A stretch of 62,546 nt of DNA, counting the filler, from Babesia bigemina (Eukaryota), in the NCBI RefSeq assembly GCF_000981445.1. It is 12 parts of 12 records of this genome, joined end to end, with 100 filler letters (N's around TTAATTAATTAA, not from the genome) between each part and the next. Parts side by side here need not be neighbours in the genome. Positions count along the whole stretch, not along the records: positions 17,674 to 36,286 come from NW_012237107.1; 11 more parts are not named here. One strand, given 5' to 3'. Both the position numbers and the translations under genes were made by a program. The stretch's first letter is position 1, and every line of letters starts with the position of its first letter. This document shows positions 23,101 to 32,117 of this stretch, piece by piece. The notes beneath the pieces are model-generated. The model saw nothing but the letters and a program-made list of their open reading frames with translations, was not told where the DNA came from and ran no database searches.

Positions 23101-25323
23101 GTCTATCGGATAGAGGAGTTGACAACGTACGGCCGGAAGTGCGCCAAAGTATGTCTCAGCATTGTGCCCATTGTGACCGACGCACTAAGTGACCTCAAAG
23201 AGAAGCTTGACAACGAAGACGGGAAGTGGAAGAAATATAAGATATATAATTCCGGTGAATCCCACCACAGCCTCCATCGGCTGTTCTTCACTGACCACGG
23301 TTACGATCCTGGTCTAGCTGTTAACGCCGAGCATGGCGAGTTGAATCATAGAGATGAGTGTATAGGTGAGCGTATTCTGCGTCATCTTAAAACAGGTGCT
23401 AAAGCCTTGTTCACTTCCAGTTCCACCAAGCACCCTTCCAGTCCGGTTACCGATGACATTGCCATAGAAGAGGTCCACGAGGGTGGCGTGATTGCAGATC
23501 TATTTGCCCACCGTAAGACATACATGGAAGTCTGCCACTTAATTCACATCGACAAACCAAGAACGCCATGTAATGTCTACGAAATGTTAGTTTGGCTGAC
23601 TGGGTTACCACATCATCAGGTTTATGGCAAATTGGAGGACCATATTAAGACGCGTTGCGTTAAGCCCAAAACACTGCAGCACTTGGAATACAGCAAACTA
23701 CACAATACAGAACTGAGGCTGGAACAGACTTCGATGATAACGGCACACGTTATAATGCAAACAATCGAGAACGTCTGCACAAATGCACCTACGCTCCTCA
23801 CCACGATCCTCGGCACCGGAGATGAGTTAACCGTCTATGCGTCTGACTTCTCCAACAATGCGCTCAGGTTCACGTACCCAACCAGTGGTGAAGATTGCCT
23901 GCATACGTTCTTAGACATTCTCCGCCGGCTGTGGTCCGTTCTCAGATACTTGGAAGGGCAGTGCGGTCACCCGTCATCAATCTACGGATGGCGTGACTGC
24001 CAATACGGCAAGGCAGTCGACCACTCAAATTGGCAGTGTGAGGACCACCCAAGAAAGAAACCAACGTGCCAAGCAAATTTCCAACCAAAGTGCCAGGCAG
24101 CGTGCCAACCAAACACCCAAGCAAATTGCCAGCCGGCTTCTCCGTTGATGAGCTACTTCAACGACTGCCTACCAGGCCATCTGCCTCACAGGTTGGAATC
24201 AATCGGTTGCAAATCAGAATGTAAAACGTGCTCCCCAAAATCGAAGGGGCAGCCCTGTTTGACGCCACTTGGTTTCAGAGCTTTCTCCGGCTCCACAAAA
24301 CCCGGCAAGGTGCTCTGCAAAATCCTGGATCAATTCCTGAATTCCGATGACGTTTCATGCTTATTTGCACTGGCGCAGAGTCCACCGGCGACATTGGCGG
24401 AACATTTCGGCTTTACTTTGTCGCTGGTGAAAGGGTGGCATGAGAGTACTAGAAAATTACAGAACAATGGGTTCCAATCAGTGTTTATAAAATCAATATA
24501 TAAGCAATCTATTAGTCTCTACAAGGAGACCGGTACACTTACTGACGCACTTCGTGACGCTTACGGTAGCAGTCAAAGTAAGCATGATGAGACGAAACAT
24601 AATACGAAACCTGCTAAAGCCGAAGACAAGGAAATTAAAAGAGGTGACTTGTCAAGTCTGTCAATGACTGTAGACTGTCCCGGTCAGCATTGCGGTCCAT
24701 ACCTCTCACCTCTCTGCAGCGACACTTATCGTCAGCTCCTCAGAAAAAATTCCGACACGTACCTCTCATGGTCGGTGTACCTTCCGTGGACATTTTGGGA
24801 CTTACTGAACAGCTTATACAATTCACTCTGCGCCATCTCTTGTCAAGATTGGGGCTGCAAAACGTGTATGCAGGGCGATGCGTGCAGACGAGGAAAGCAT
24901 GGTGACTCTCAGTCAGCGTGTAAGTGTTCATCATTAGTTGCTTGCAGAGGCGTGTCACCAACACTCTACAGCTATGGATTTAGGTTTGGCGTGCCATGGC
25001 TGTTGGGTGATAAACAGACGAAGAAGACGTGCTTCGACATCCAAAAGCAGTTGCAAAATGTTCTTCAATCGCAATATTTCGAAGAACTGTTTAAACAATG
25101 CGATAAATTCCTCTTCACCATCAGACAACCCTTCATCTGGCTCAACGTCGCCCTTTGGCTCCTCTCCTTCCTGTACCTCATCCACATCATGGTAATCCGC
25201 CTCGACTTGCTCCACATCAAATCGCATTTGCATAGTCCCTCAAGTCATCGCATAGCCGCGCAATCACTACTCGCTGCTGGACGCGTTAACAAACTGGGGA
25301 GGGTGTTTTACCTGCAACCATAA
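20197..25323 (+). CDS. ves1: VESA1b-like antigen, ~1709 aa from the MGFL methionine (homology extends 5' to 19919)
   Basis: Uninterrupted ORF 20161..25323: helical variable region, Cys-rich domain, TM, ..GRVNKLGRVFYLQP*. Leader carries a TAG and a 1-nt deletion near 20071. Confidence 0.88.
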   Translation: MGFLSGVLSNIKEHLGQHKEQITEAIKSLETNKHLGKKGFNVAIVKVVAGVRGYNGNVKSSNEAVKKPIEKLKEDMKKYTKGKLDEIKDDADVGDSDLSDAVTGIGKKYNEFINSTFEVLTALSKAEEGSKAISDLNHNCKNKIINAEKTIRHEYDTLQMTFQNQYTDLERCINSVNRHFSALEQRVNSLARDQITKLVDEIKKELSKRKADIESEKNKLNTWLNDTTATNDSKSEKEVLEDNCSNVTKGVATFSVQYTTVNTQLSAIKKVVQDTEGTDKLETFVEQIAVAAQQVGNDLGNHINTLNDWMQKAKHAVTNAKGKMEQIVNLLEDKQENGKKSDISKAATELQQKAQSLLTSMKGAKSELSRLVGSLPKTLDTILKPSIAADLKDLRDGIRRKVVEYFEELGLAKFGEAAGNTFGGNVQMLKLNGRFKDWLEASGKGGLKLKNSSNNLIEHASYARKALLYALDSLNAKLDTDHGKSGFNAMREDVDGKIDEEFGAENSPLNNAEKNHMKAYKGTQEQVSQKIKQIETDVNDNHFKKFDDGQIAKIDEGVLTEALRNVNDAIGGFTNALRELIDTKSDHSTNMKYYLTRLDDMLCDKGYTASHRLSGTSVQGFENITAQIANLKKNDLDTKSGRIYDKISTVAKQVSSLEEASKKTTVPDETLIKLVDSLPDDMGKLSSSIEGSIQVIEEVNNKLGAWLITVAAYIERLKEVGERHIHHFATKLKQEISLTSSAITTEIRKRYVRCVKRQLRYFADTITSELSELPTLIDTDRHIGFKGFMEKFYGDYVDTLNDENIKKLSDLATAATDSPAQKKQAFEKLSSAFAAFYLPLNKYLLEEITRVNESENNKKNPVATDKQLYGRQLFRIYDSLNELTTHIKQRHRYDCMVPGMLDKLGAAIDGLKPDGFSQPSTPIIDCVSSGFTSLVYELRKAYTSVYDSQQFDSKLVEETGTEVVYSTKVYRIEELTTYGRKCAKVCLSIVPIVTDALSDLKEKLDNEDGKWKKYKIYNSGESHHSLHRLFFTDHGYDPGLAVNAEHGELNHRDECIGERILRHLKTGAKALFTSSSTKHPSSPVTDDIAIEEVHEGGVIADLFAHRKTYMEVCHLIHIDKPRTPCNVYEMLVWLTGLPHHQVYGKLEDHIKTRCVKPKTLQHLEYSKLHNTELRLEQTSMITAHVIMQTIENVCTNAPTLLTTILGTGDELTVYASDFSNNALRFTYPTSGEDCLHTFLDILRRLWSVLRYLEGQCGHPSSIYGWRDCQYGKAVDHSNWQCEDHPRKKPTCQANFQPKCQAACQPNTQANCQPASPLMSYFNDCLPGHLPHRLESIGCKSECKTCSPKSKGQPCLTPLGFRAFSGSTKPGKVLCKILDQFLNSDDVSCLFALAQSPPATLAEHFGFTLSLVKGWHESTRKLQNNGFQSVFIKSIYKQSISLYKETGTLTDALRDAYGSSQSKHDETKHNTKPAKAEDKEIKRGDLSSLSMTVDCPGQHCGPYLSPLCSDTYRQLLRKNSDTYLSWSVYLPWTFWDLLNSLYNSLCAISCQDWGCKTCMQGDACRRGKHGDSQSACKCSSLVACRGVSPTLYSYGFRFGVPWLLGDKQTKKTCFDIQKQLQNVLQSQYFEELFKQCDKFLFTIRQPFIWLNVALWLLSFLYLIHIMVIRLDLLHIKSHLHSPSSHRIAAQSLLAAGRVNKLGRVFYLQP

Positions 25324-25447
25324 TCGTACTCACGTGTTTACTAGCTACACTCACCATAGCTCACCTACTCACCTATAAAACTAATTGTTGTTTAATGTTT
25401 TGAATCATTCATTAATTGTTGTATGTGATTGTGTAATAGTGAATTAA

Positions 25448-26538
25448 AGTGGTGACCAAGGTGCTGACCTAGCACCTTACCAAAGTGGTGACCAAAGTGC
25501 TGACCAATGCCATGACCAACGTGCTGACCAAAGTGCTGACCTAAGTGCTGACCAAGTTGATGGTTACGGCAGCGATGACAGTTGATGGTTACGGCAGCGA
25601 TGACAGTTGATGGTTACGGCAGCGATGACATGGTTACGGCGGCGATGACAGTTGATGGTTACGGCAGCGATGTCTAGGTCACGGCAGCGATGACATGGTC
25701 ACGGCAGCGATGACATGGACACGGCAGCGATGACATGGTCACGGCAGCGATGACATGGACACGGCAGCGATGACATGGTTACCAAAGTGATGATGATTAT
25801 CTACTCCACATCGCTCCTTTACCCACTCCACATCGCCCCTTATCCACTTCACATCGCCTTTTAACCCACTCTACATCGCCTCTTAACCCACTCTACATCG
25901 CCCCTTTACCCACTCTACATCGCCCCTTTACCCACTCTACATCGCTCCTTAACCCACTCTACATCGCTCCTTTATCCACTCTACATCGCTCCCTTATCCA
26001 CTCTACATCGCTCCTTTATCCACTCCACATCGCTCCTAACCCACTCCACATCGCTCCTTAACCCACTCTACATCGCCCCTTTACCCACTCCACATCGCTC
26101 CCTAACCCACTCTACATCGCTCCTTTACCCACTCTACATCGCTCCTTTACCCACTCTACATCGCCCCTTTACCCACTCTACATCGCCCCTTTACCCACTC
26201 TACATCGCTGCCTAACCCACTCTACATCGCTGCCTAACCCACTCTACATCGCTTCTTTATCCACCCTTCATCGCCCCTTAACCCACTCTACATCGCTCCC
26301 TAACCCACTCTACATCGCCCTTTATCCACTCTACATCGCCCCTTATCCACTCTACATCGCCCCTTAACCCACTCCACATCGCCCCTTTATCCACTCTACA
26401 TCGCCCCTTTATCCCCTCTACATCGCTCCTTTACCCACTCTACATCGCTCCCTTATCCACTCTTCATCGCCCCTTAACCCACTCTACATCGCCCCTTTAT
26501 CCACTCTACATCGCCCCTTTATCCATTCTACATCCTTT
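25448..26538 (+). repeat. Spacer cassette: 12-bp 25448-25557, 20/22-bp variant array 25558-25782, 22-bp satellite 25798-26538
   Basis: Same modules and order. Confidence 0.95.
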
Positions 26539-26562
26539 GAATCACCTCGCCATAATACCCCT

Positions 26563-29500
26563 ATGACCTCTATAAACCATCCTAATAACTTGTGCCTTGT
26601 CACCCTTCACTTTCCTTCCTCCACCTCTTGCCACTGCCCTGACCATGTGCCGCCTAGGGAGCTTGACCAGAAATTTGATGAAAATAAAAAGTGCGAAATT
26701 ACCTCAAATAACAACCCTACTAACATCCTTAATAACCTCTGCACTGGCCTCGAAACTTTCCTCGGCTTCAACTCTGCTTCCAAAGGCTACACTGGCCAGG
26801 GGATTGTGTACTCCGACCTGGACAGGCTGTGTGACGGGGTGATGGCGTTTTTGCACGGGGTGTTGGAGAGTGTTAAAGATGATACGAATGTTAAGACGTA
26901 TTATTCTGTAGATAAAATGACTGAAACACTTAACACTATTAAAGACAGTATGCACAAAACTGGCGGATTGTCTGCGGCCGTTACGGCTGTGAGCACGGCG
27001 CTGGGGGAGTGGGACAGGGAGGTGACTGAGAAAACAAACGCACTTAAAAATGGACTTAATGAACTGAAAAATAATAATTTTAGCAGTATGCAAAATGCAC
27101 TTGATAACCTTAATGCATTGTCACATAGTGATCAGCTTAGCAGTGTTGCTGATAAATTACATACGTGTATCGACCAGGCCACATTTCTATCAGGGGCGTA
27201 TGATGCCGCGGAGAAAGAGTACGATAAGCTGGATCCGACGCTTAGAGATAAGATGAAAGATGCATTAAATAAAATTAAGTTGCAGGTAGAGCATTTTCAT
27301 GGAGCGGCGGCGAACACGGAGTTGAAGGGACTTCTTGAGGAGGGAGAAAAGCAGCTTAACGTTATAGAAAACGCAATAAGAAATGAAGTAGAAGGTAGGG
27401 TCGGGCAGTATAAACTTCTTTTGAAACACGAGTTTGATGAGAAGATTAAGAGTAAGATTCACGACATTAATGAAGCTCTGAAAACGCACATTGCAAATCT
27501 GTTCGGCTGGATCGAGAAGGCGGGACCGTTAGTGTGGCGATCATTACAGCTCGTTGAAGTAATCGTGAAAGAGGTCAATAACAGTACAGAGAGGAGTCAA
27601 TTTCCGATGAAGATTCGGAAAGCGGCTCAAGGGCTATATGAAGATGCCGTAACGTTGCGTAGGGCAATGAAGACTGCATATGATAATATTAGCAACAAAG
27701 TTAATATAGCGATTAGCCAGCTCGGCACTTTGGAAAATGGAGTAAAGAGCGATTTAGCATCGCTTAGGGATGCTATTAAGAATACCGTTGGATCGTATGC
27801 TAAAGAAACATTGGCTAAGAAAATTGGTGATGGACTCACCCCCATCGCTAATGAAATATATCAGAAGATGAATGGGACTGGTTGTCTGAATAAGATCGTC
27901 AGTGGAATTAACGACTACGCTACAAAGTTCAAACAAGATAAGTCGTTTGGTGGCATAGTACAGAAATGGATTGAGGATATCATGGATGAAGATGTTTCAG
28001 TAAAAGGCTTCCTGGATGGTTATTTCAAGCAACCGTCTACGTATAAGGCCCCTTATAATAAGTGGGTCAGTAAAGGTGAACATAATGCCGAAATTACTGC
28101 AAAGCTAGCTGGCTTAATAAAAAATGAGCTGTCAACCGAAATACAGCAATCCGCCAGTATAGCCGTTTCGGACTCACAGAGCGGTGCTGGGAAGACGGAG
28201 ATCGAACAACATGTCGCTGCCGTAACGGCTGCCTGTATGCTTTTTGCATCACAGCTTGGAGGGAAGATTGAAGGCGATGAATTAAGGTTGAGTGGTACCG
28301 TTGCCGAAAAGATAGCAAAAGCTGTTGAAGCAACAGATGATGTGCTTATGGACAAACGTATTGTAAACAGCAATCAATTCCAGCTTACACATGCCATCCG
28401 TTTAACTCTACTTCAACTCGTTGGCATAGCCAGGCAGGCTGTCGAAGAACTGCAATCATTTACAGGTATAGATTTGCAAACTAACAGTCATAACGATGAG
28501 AATTACAATCTGGGCAAGAATCTCGATAGCGCAATGCAGAAGGTTATGAGTCTTTGGGATGACCTAGGTAACAGCCTAAAAATGAATAATGCGCTAGGAG
28601 TCGAATCTCAAGGTGATACATTTGCAGAAGCCTTAAAGAATGCATTTGATAAGAAGGTTGAGTTCGAGTATGGTCAGAGAGGAGACGTTCGAGGCAGTAA
28701 CATTCCGGATCCAATGCAGCATTATTACACAAACATGAGTACATTTTCATTCACTCTGAATGACATAAAAAGTGAACCAAATGGGCTGGAGAGAATCAAT
28801 GGCGTTGATGCAGGGAATGGTAATATAGATGAGGCCAGTCTAAAAAAATCGTACGATGCAATTACTCTCAGTCTTAACAACCTTGTCGATGCAATAAGAG
28901 AAAATTGTGGAAAAAACAAGTATGACACGAATGGAATACAATTTACGTTGACTAAGGTCATGATGTTGATTGACAGTGAAATTGAAGACGCGATTGGATT
29001 GAGGGGTGGAAAACAGGATGGGCTTAGGAAAATTCACAAGGACCTTAGCACTCAACAAGGTGCGTTAAATAACGCGGTCAATGCTGCTGAGAATTTCTAC
29101 ATTTCTGTAATCGAAAAATACGCTAACTCTACCATCGACTATCTGCAGAAGTTCGTCACAAGTGAGGTTGACGGAGCGACCAAAGCTATACAAAGGAAAG
29201 CACAAGATGAGTATTATTCAAAAATGTATCCCATGTTCACCAACATGAAAACTGAAGTCACCTCCCAAATCTCCGCCATCGAATCCATTATCGCCACTGA
29301 CCTCACATCCGGCGTCAAAGGCCTCCTGCGGAAGGTGATGGAAAAGGGTGTCGATGAAAGTAATAAGCTGACTACATTGAGGCTTGCAGATCTTATCGAT
29401 GCCAACAACAAGAAGAAAGTTGAAGAATTGTCTGGTAGATTTAAAAATTACGCGGACTCCGTTTTATTCTATATTGGCTACCAGGTGGCCGGCCCGCATC

Positions 29501-31992
29501 CGGGTGAACCCGGTAAAAAAGTGGATTCCATTAAATCCAATATCCTAGCGCTTCTGAAGCATTTAAAGACGTCTAGAATATATAATTACGACCACCAATT
29601 CACCTCCCTCCTCTCCCACCTCTCCTCCTCCCTCACCGCTCTCCACCCCTCCGCCTTCGCGAACCCCCGGCACCCGGAGCTGCTCGATGCGGTCAAACAG
29701 GGGCTGCAGGGGTTTGTCGAGCAGATGGAGCGGGTGTATGTGAACGGGTATGATGGAGGGGAGGGGATTAAAATGTGGTACAAAAATGACAAGGAAAGTG
29801 GTTATTTGACCACTAAAGGAAGAAACGGCGCTAAGGTATTTCTGAGTTGTCTACCAATGTTGTTGGAGGACCTTACTACGTTAAATGCCAACTGTCGCGG
29901 TGATTGGAAAAACGAATTTATATGTGTAACGAACGATGAAAACGAGAATCTTCTCGGTAAATTTCTCAAGCGCTGTGGTTACAAGGTCGCCAAATCGGAC
30001 ACCTCCAAGGACGGCGAGTCGGAATGTAAGAAAAGTAGAATTGGTATCAATATTTATGATAGACTTGCAACGCGCATATTTGACGCCTCAATTGTGAATC
30101 ATCTCAAAGCGTGTGACTACAATAAGGATAACAAGAAGGAAGGGCCGGAGAAAGTGAATTTCGACTACTTCGATTTACTTAAATGCCTTTACCATCACTT
30201 GGACCAATTCAATGAAGTAGGTCACCTATCAACTCTGGGGTCGAGGAGACAACCATGCTCCGTCTACGAGATGCTCTTATGGCTCTCTGGTCTTCCGCAT
30301 CATCCGGTGCATACAGCTATGCGTGATGAAACTATCCTTGAAATAATCGAAAACATAAATAAAGATGAGAAGAAGACAGACAAAGAGGCAGACGGCTTTA
30401 CGTTCTCAATGGGTGAGACCATAAGCATATGCCTAGAAGCGTACCCAAGAAAGGTACCATATGATTCCTTACAAAACGCGGTGACACACATCTGCTCCCA
30501 AGCGTATGACGTACTGTGCGCCATTGCCGGAACCGGTGACGCCGACACATTCTACGCAAGTGACTACTGCAACAACTCAATGAAATTCAACTACCCGGCT
30601 TCAGGGGAAGAGTGTCTCGACATGTTCCTCGATATTCTTCGCCGAATGTTACCGACGTTGCAATTCTTGAAACAACAGTGTGAGCTAAGCACCAATCTGA
30701 ACGGCTGGCAACAATGCAAGTACGGTAAAGATATAAAGACAGGCAAATGGCCATGTAACGAACACTCAAGTGATGAATCAAACGATGAAACAAATTGCCA
30801 ACCAAACTCACCACTAATGGGCTACCTTAACGATTGTTTACCCGGTCACCTGCCGCATCAACTCAGCAAAATTGGCTGTAAATACGAATGTAATACCTGC
30901 CCCTCTACCTTAAAGAAGGGTATGCCCTGCTTGACTCCATTGGGTTTCAGAGGTTTCTCTGGAAACACCAAAAGAGGCAAAGAGCTGGGTGAAGTGCTCA
31001 CTAAATTCTTAGGTAACGAGTATATTCAAGGCCTATTCTGCCTACAGCCTCAGCCACCCAAAACGTTGCCCGAACATTTCGGATTTGCATTAACGCTGGT
31101 GAAGGGATGGATTAATATTACTAATTTCCGGAACAAAGGCTTACCTAATATCAGTTTTCAATCAGCGTTTGAAGCATCCGTTCGCGACTTGTCTATTGAT
31201 CTATATTCAGATCCCTATGAGTTAACAAAATCGTTAACCAAATCATATGGTTCGCAGTCCGTTGTTCATGATTCGTGTGAGCATCCGCACCTCGTGAATT
31301 TCACAAGCTCAGATATATGCACTAACAGGCGTTCGGATGTAAGTTGCGCATCCTACCTTAATATCGCATCGAACGAAACCTACAGTTACCTAGTAAACAA
31401 ACACGCCGGACTCTACGTATCATGGGCTGTTTACTTGCCATGGTCGTTTTGGGAGTTACTCAACAATTTGTATAAAGATTTTTGTAACATATTCTGTGCC
31501 GATTGGGGCTGCCGTGGATGCCTCCGCGGCGACAAATGCAAACGTGGAGAGCATGGTACTGTTGATGACAAAACTGGTGATGCAAAATGTAAATGCAGTT
31601 CCATAGTTCGATGTAAAGGCGTACCACCACTACTATATAGATATGGATTTGCCTTCGGAAATGTGTCAGAATTGGACGAAACCAAATTCGAAAAAACATG
31701 TTCAAATTTCTGCCAACAGTTGAAAAAGCTTCTCGACTCGAAATACTTCATTGACCTCTTCGAAAACTGCGACAAATTCATTTTTACAATCCGCGCCCCC
31801 TTCATCTGGCTCAACGTCGCCCTCTGGCTCCTCTCCTTGCTGTACCTCCTCCACATCATGGTCATCCGCCTAGACCTGCTCCACATCAAATCGCATCTAC
31901 ATAGTCCCTCGAGTCATCGCATCGCTGCTCAATCACTACTTGCAGCTGCAAAGGTTGGCAGACTTGGCAAGATATCTTACCTGCAACCATAA
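26563..31992 (+). CDS. ves1: VESA1b-like antigen, complete, 1809 aa
   Basis: Only copy open from leader ATG to stop; all family motifs present; tail AAAKVGRLGKISYLQP*. Confidence 0.92.
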   Translation: MTSINHPNNLCLVTLHFPSSTSCHCPDHVPPRELDQKFDENKKCEITSNNNPTNILNNLCTGLETFLGFNSASKGYTGQGIVYSDLDRLCDGVMAFLHGVLESVKDDTNVKTYYSVDKMTETLNTIKDSMHKTGGLSAAVTAVSTALGEWDREVTEKTNALKNGLNELKNNNFSSMQNALDNLNALSHSDQLSSVADKLHTCIDQATFLSGAYDAAEKEYDKLDPTLRDKMKDALNKIKLQVEHFHGAAANTELKGLLEEGEKQLNVIENAIRNEVEGRVGQYKLLLKHEFDEKIKSKIHDINEALKTHIANLFGWIEKAGPLVWRSLQLVEVIVKEVNNSTERSQFPMKIRKAAQGLYEDAVTLRRAMKTAYDNISNKVNIAISQLGTLENGVKSDLASLRDAIKNTVGSYAKETLAKKIGDGLTPIANEIYQKMNGTGCLNKIVSGINDYATKFKQDKSFGGIVQKWIEDIMDEDVSVKGFLDGYFKQPSTYKAPYNKWVSKGEHNAEITAKLAGLIKNELSTEIQQSASIAVSDSQSGAGKTEIEQHVAAVTAACMLFASQLGGKIEGDELRLSGTVAEKIAKAVEATDDVLMDKRIVNSNQFQLTHAIRLTLLQLVGIARQAVEELQSFTGIDLQTNSHNDENYNLGKNLDSAMQKVMSLWDDLGNSLKMNNALGVESQGDTFAEALKNAFDKKVEFEYGQRGDVRGSNIPDPMQHYYTNMSTFSFTLNDIKSEPNGLERINGVDAGNGNIDEASLKKSYDAITLSLNNLVDAIRENCGKNKYDTNGIQFTLTKVMMLIDSEIEDAIGLRGGKQDGLRKIHKDLSTQQGALNNAVNAAENFYISVIEKYANSTIDYLQKFVTSEVDGATKAIQRKAQDEYYSKMYPMFTNMKTEVTSQISAIESIIATDLTSGVKGLLRKVMEKGVDESNKLTTLRLADLIDANNKKKVEELSGRFKNYADSVLFYIGYQVAGPHPGEPGKKVDSIKSNILALLKHLKTSRIYNYDHQFTSLLSHLSSSLTALHPSAFANPRHPELLDAVKQGLQGFVEQMERVYVNGYDGGEGIKMWYKNDKESGYLTTKGRNGAKVFLSCLPMLLEDLTTLNANCRGDWKNEFICVTNDENENLLGKFLKRCGYKVAKSDTSKDGESECKKSRIGINIYDRLATRIFDASIVNHLKACDYNKDNKKEGPEKVNFDYFDLLKCLYHHLDQFNEVGHLSTLGSRRQPCSVYEMLLWLSGLPHHPVHTAMRDETILEIIENINKDEKKTDKEADGFTFSMGETISICLEAYPRKVPYDSLQNAVTHICSQAYDVLCAIAGTGDADTFYASDYCNNSMKFNYPASGEECLDMFLDILRRMLPTLQFLKQQCELSTNLNGWQQCKYGKDIKTGKWPCNEHSSDESNDETNCQPNSPLMGYLNDCLPGHLPHQLSKIGCKYECNTCPSTLKKGMPCLTPLGFRGFSGNTKRGKELGEVLTKFLGNEYIQGLFCLQPQPPKTLPEHFGFALTLVKGWINITNFRNKGLPNISFQSAFEASVRDLSIDLYSDPYELTKSLTKSYGSQSVVHDSCEHPHLVNFTSSDICTNRRSDVSCASYLNIASNETYSYLVNKHAGLYVSWAVYLPWSFWELLNNLYKDFCNIFCADWGCRGCLRGDKCKRGEHGTVDDKTGDAKCKCSSIVRCKGVPPLLYRYGFAFGNVSELDETKFEKTCSNFCQQLKKLLDSKYFIDLFENCDKFIFTIRAPFIWLNVALWLLSLLYLLHIMVIRLDLLHIKSHLHSPSSHRIAAQSLLAAAKVGRLGKISYLQP

Positions 31993-32117
31993 TCGTACTC
32001 ACGTGTTCACTGTCTACACTCACCTAGCAACACCTACTCACCTAACTTATGAATTATGCTTTAATCTGTTGCATCACTCATTAATCATTGTATGTGATTG
32101 TGTAACAGTTAACTAAA

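Noticed and set aside
26563..29400. Ebh/myosin/SMC-like identity for the long helical regions
   Set aside because: Compositional coiled-coil similarity only; flanking motifs indicate VESA.
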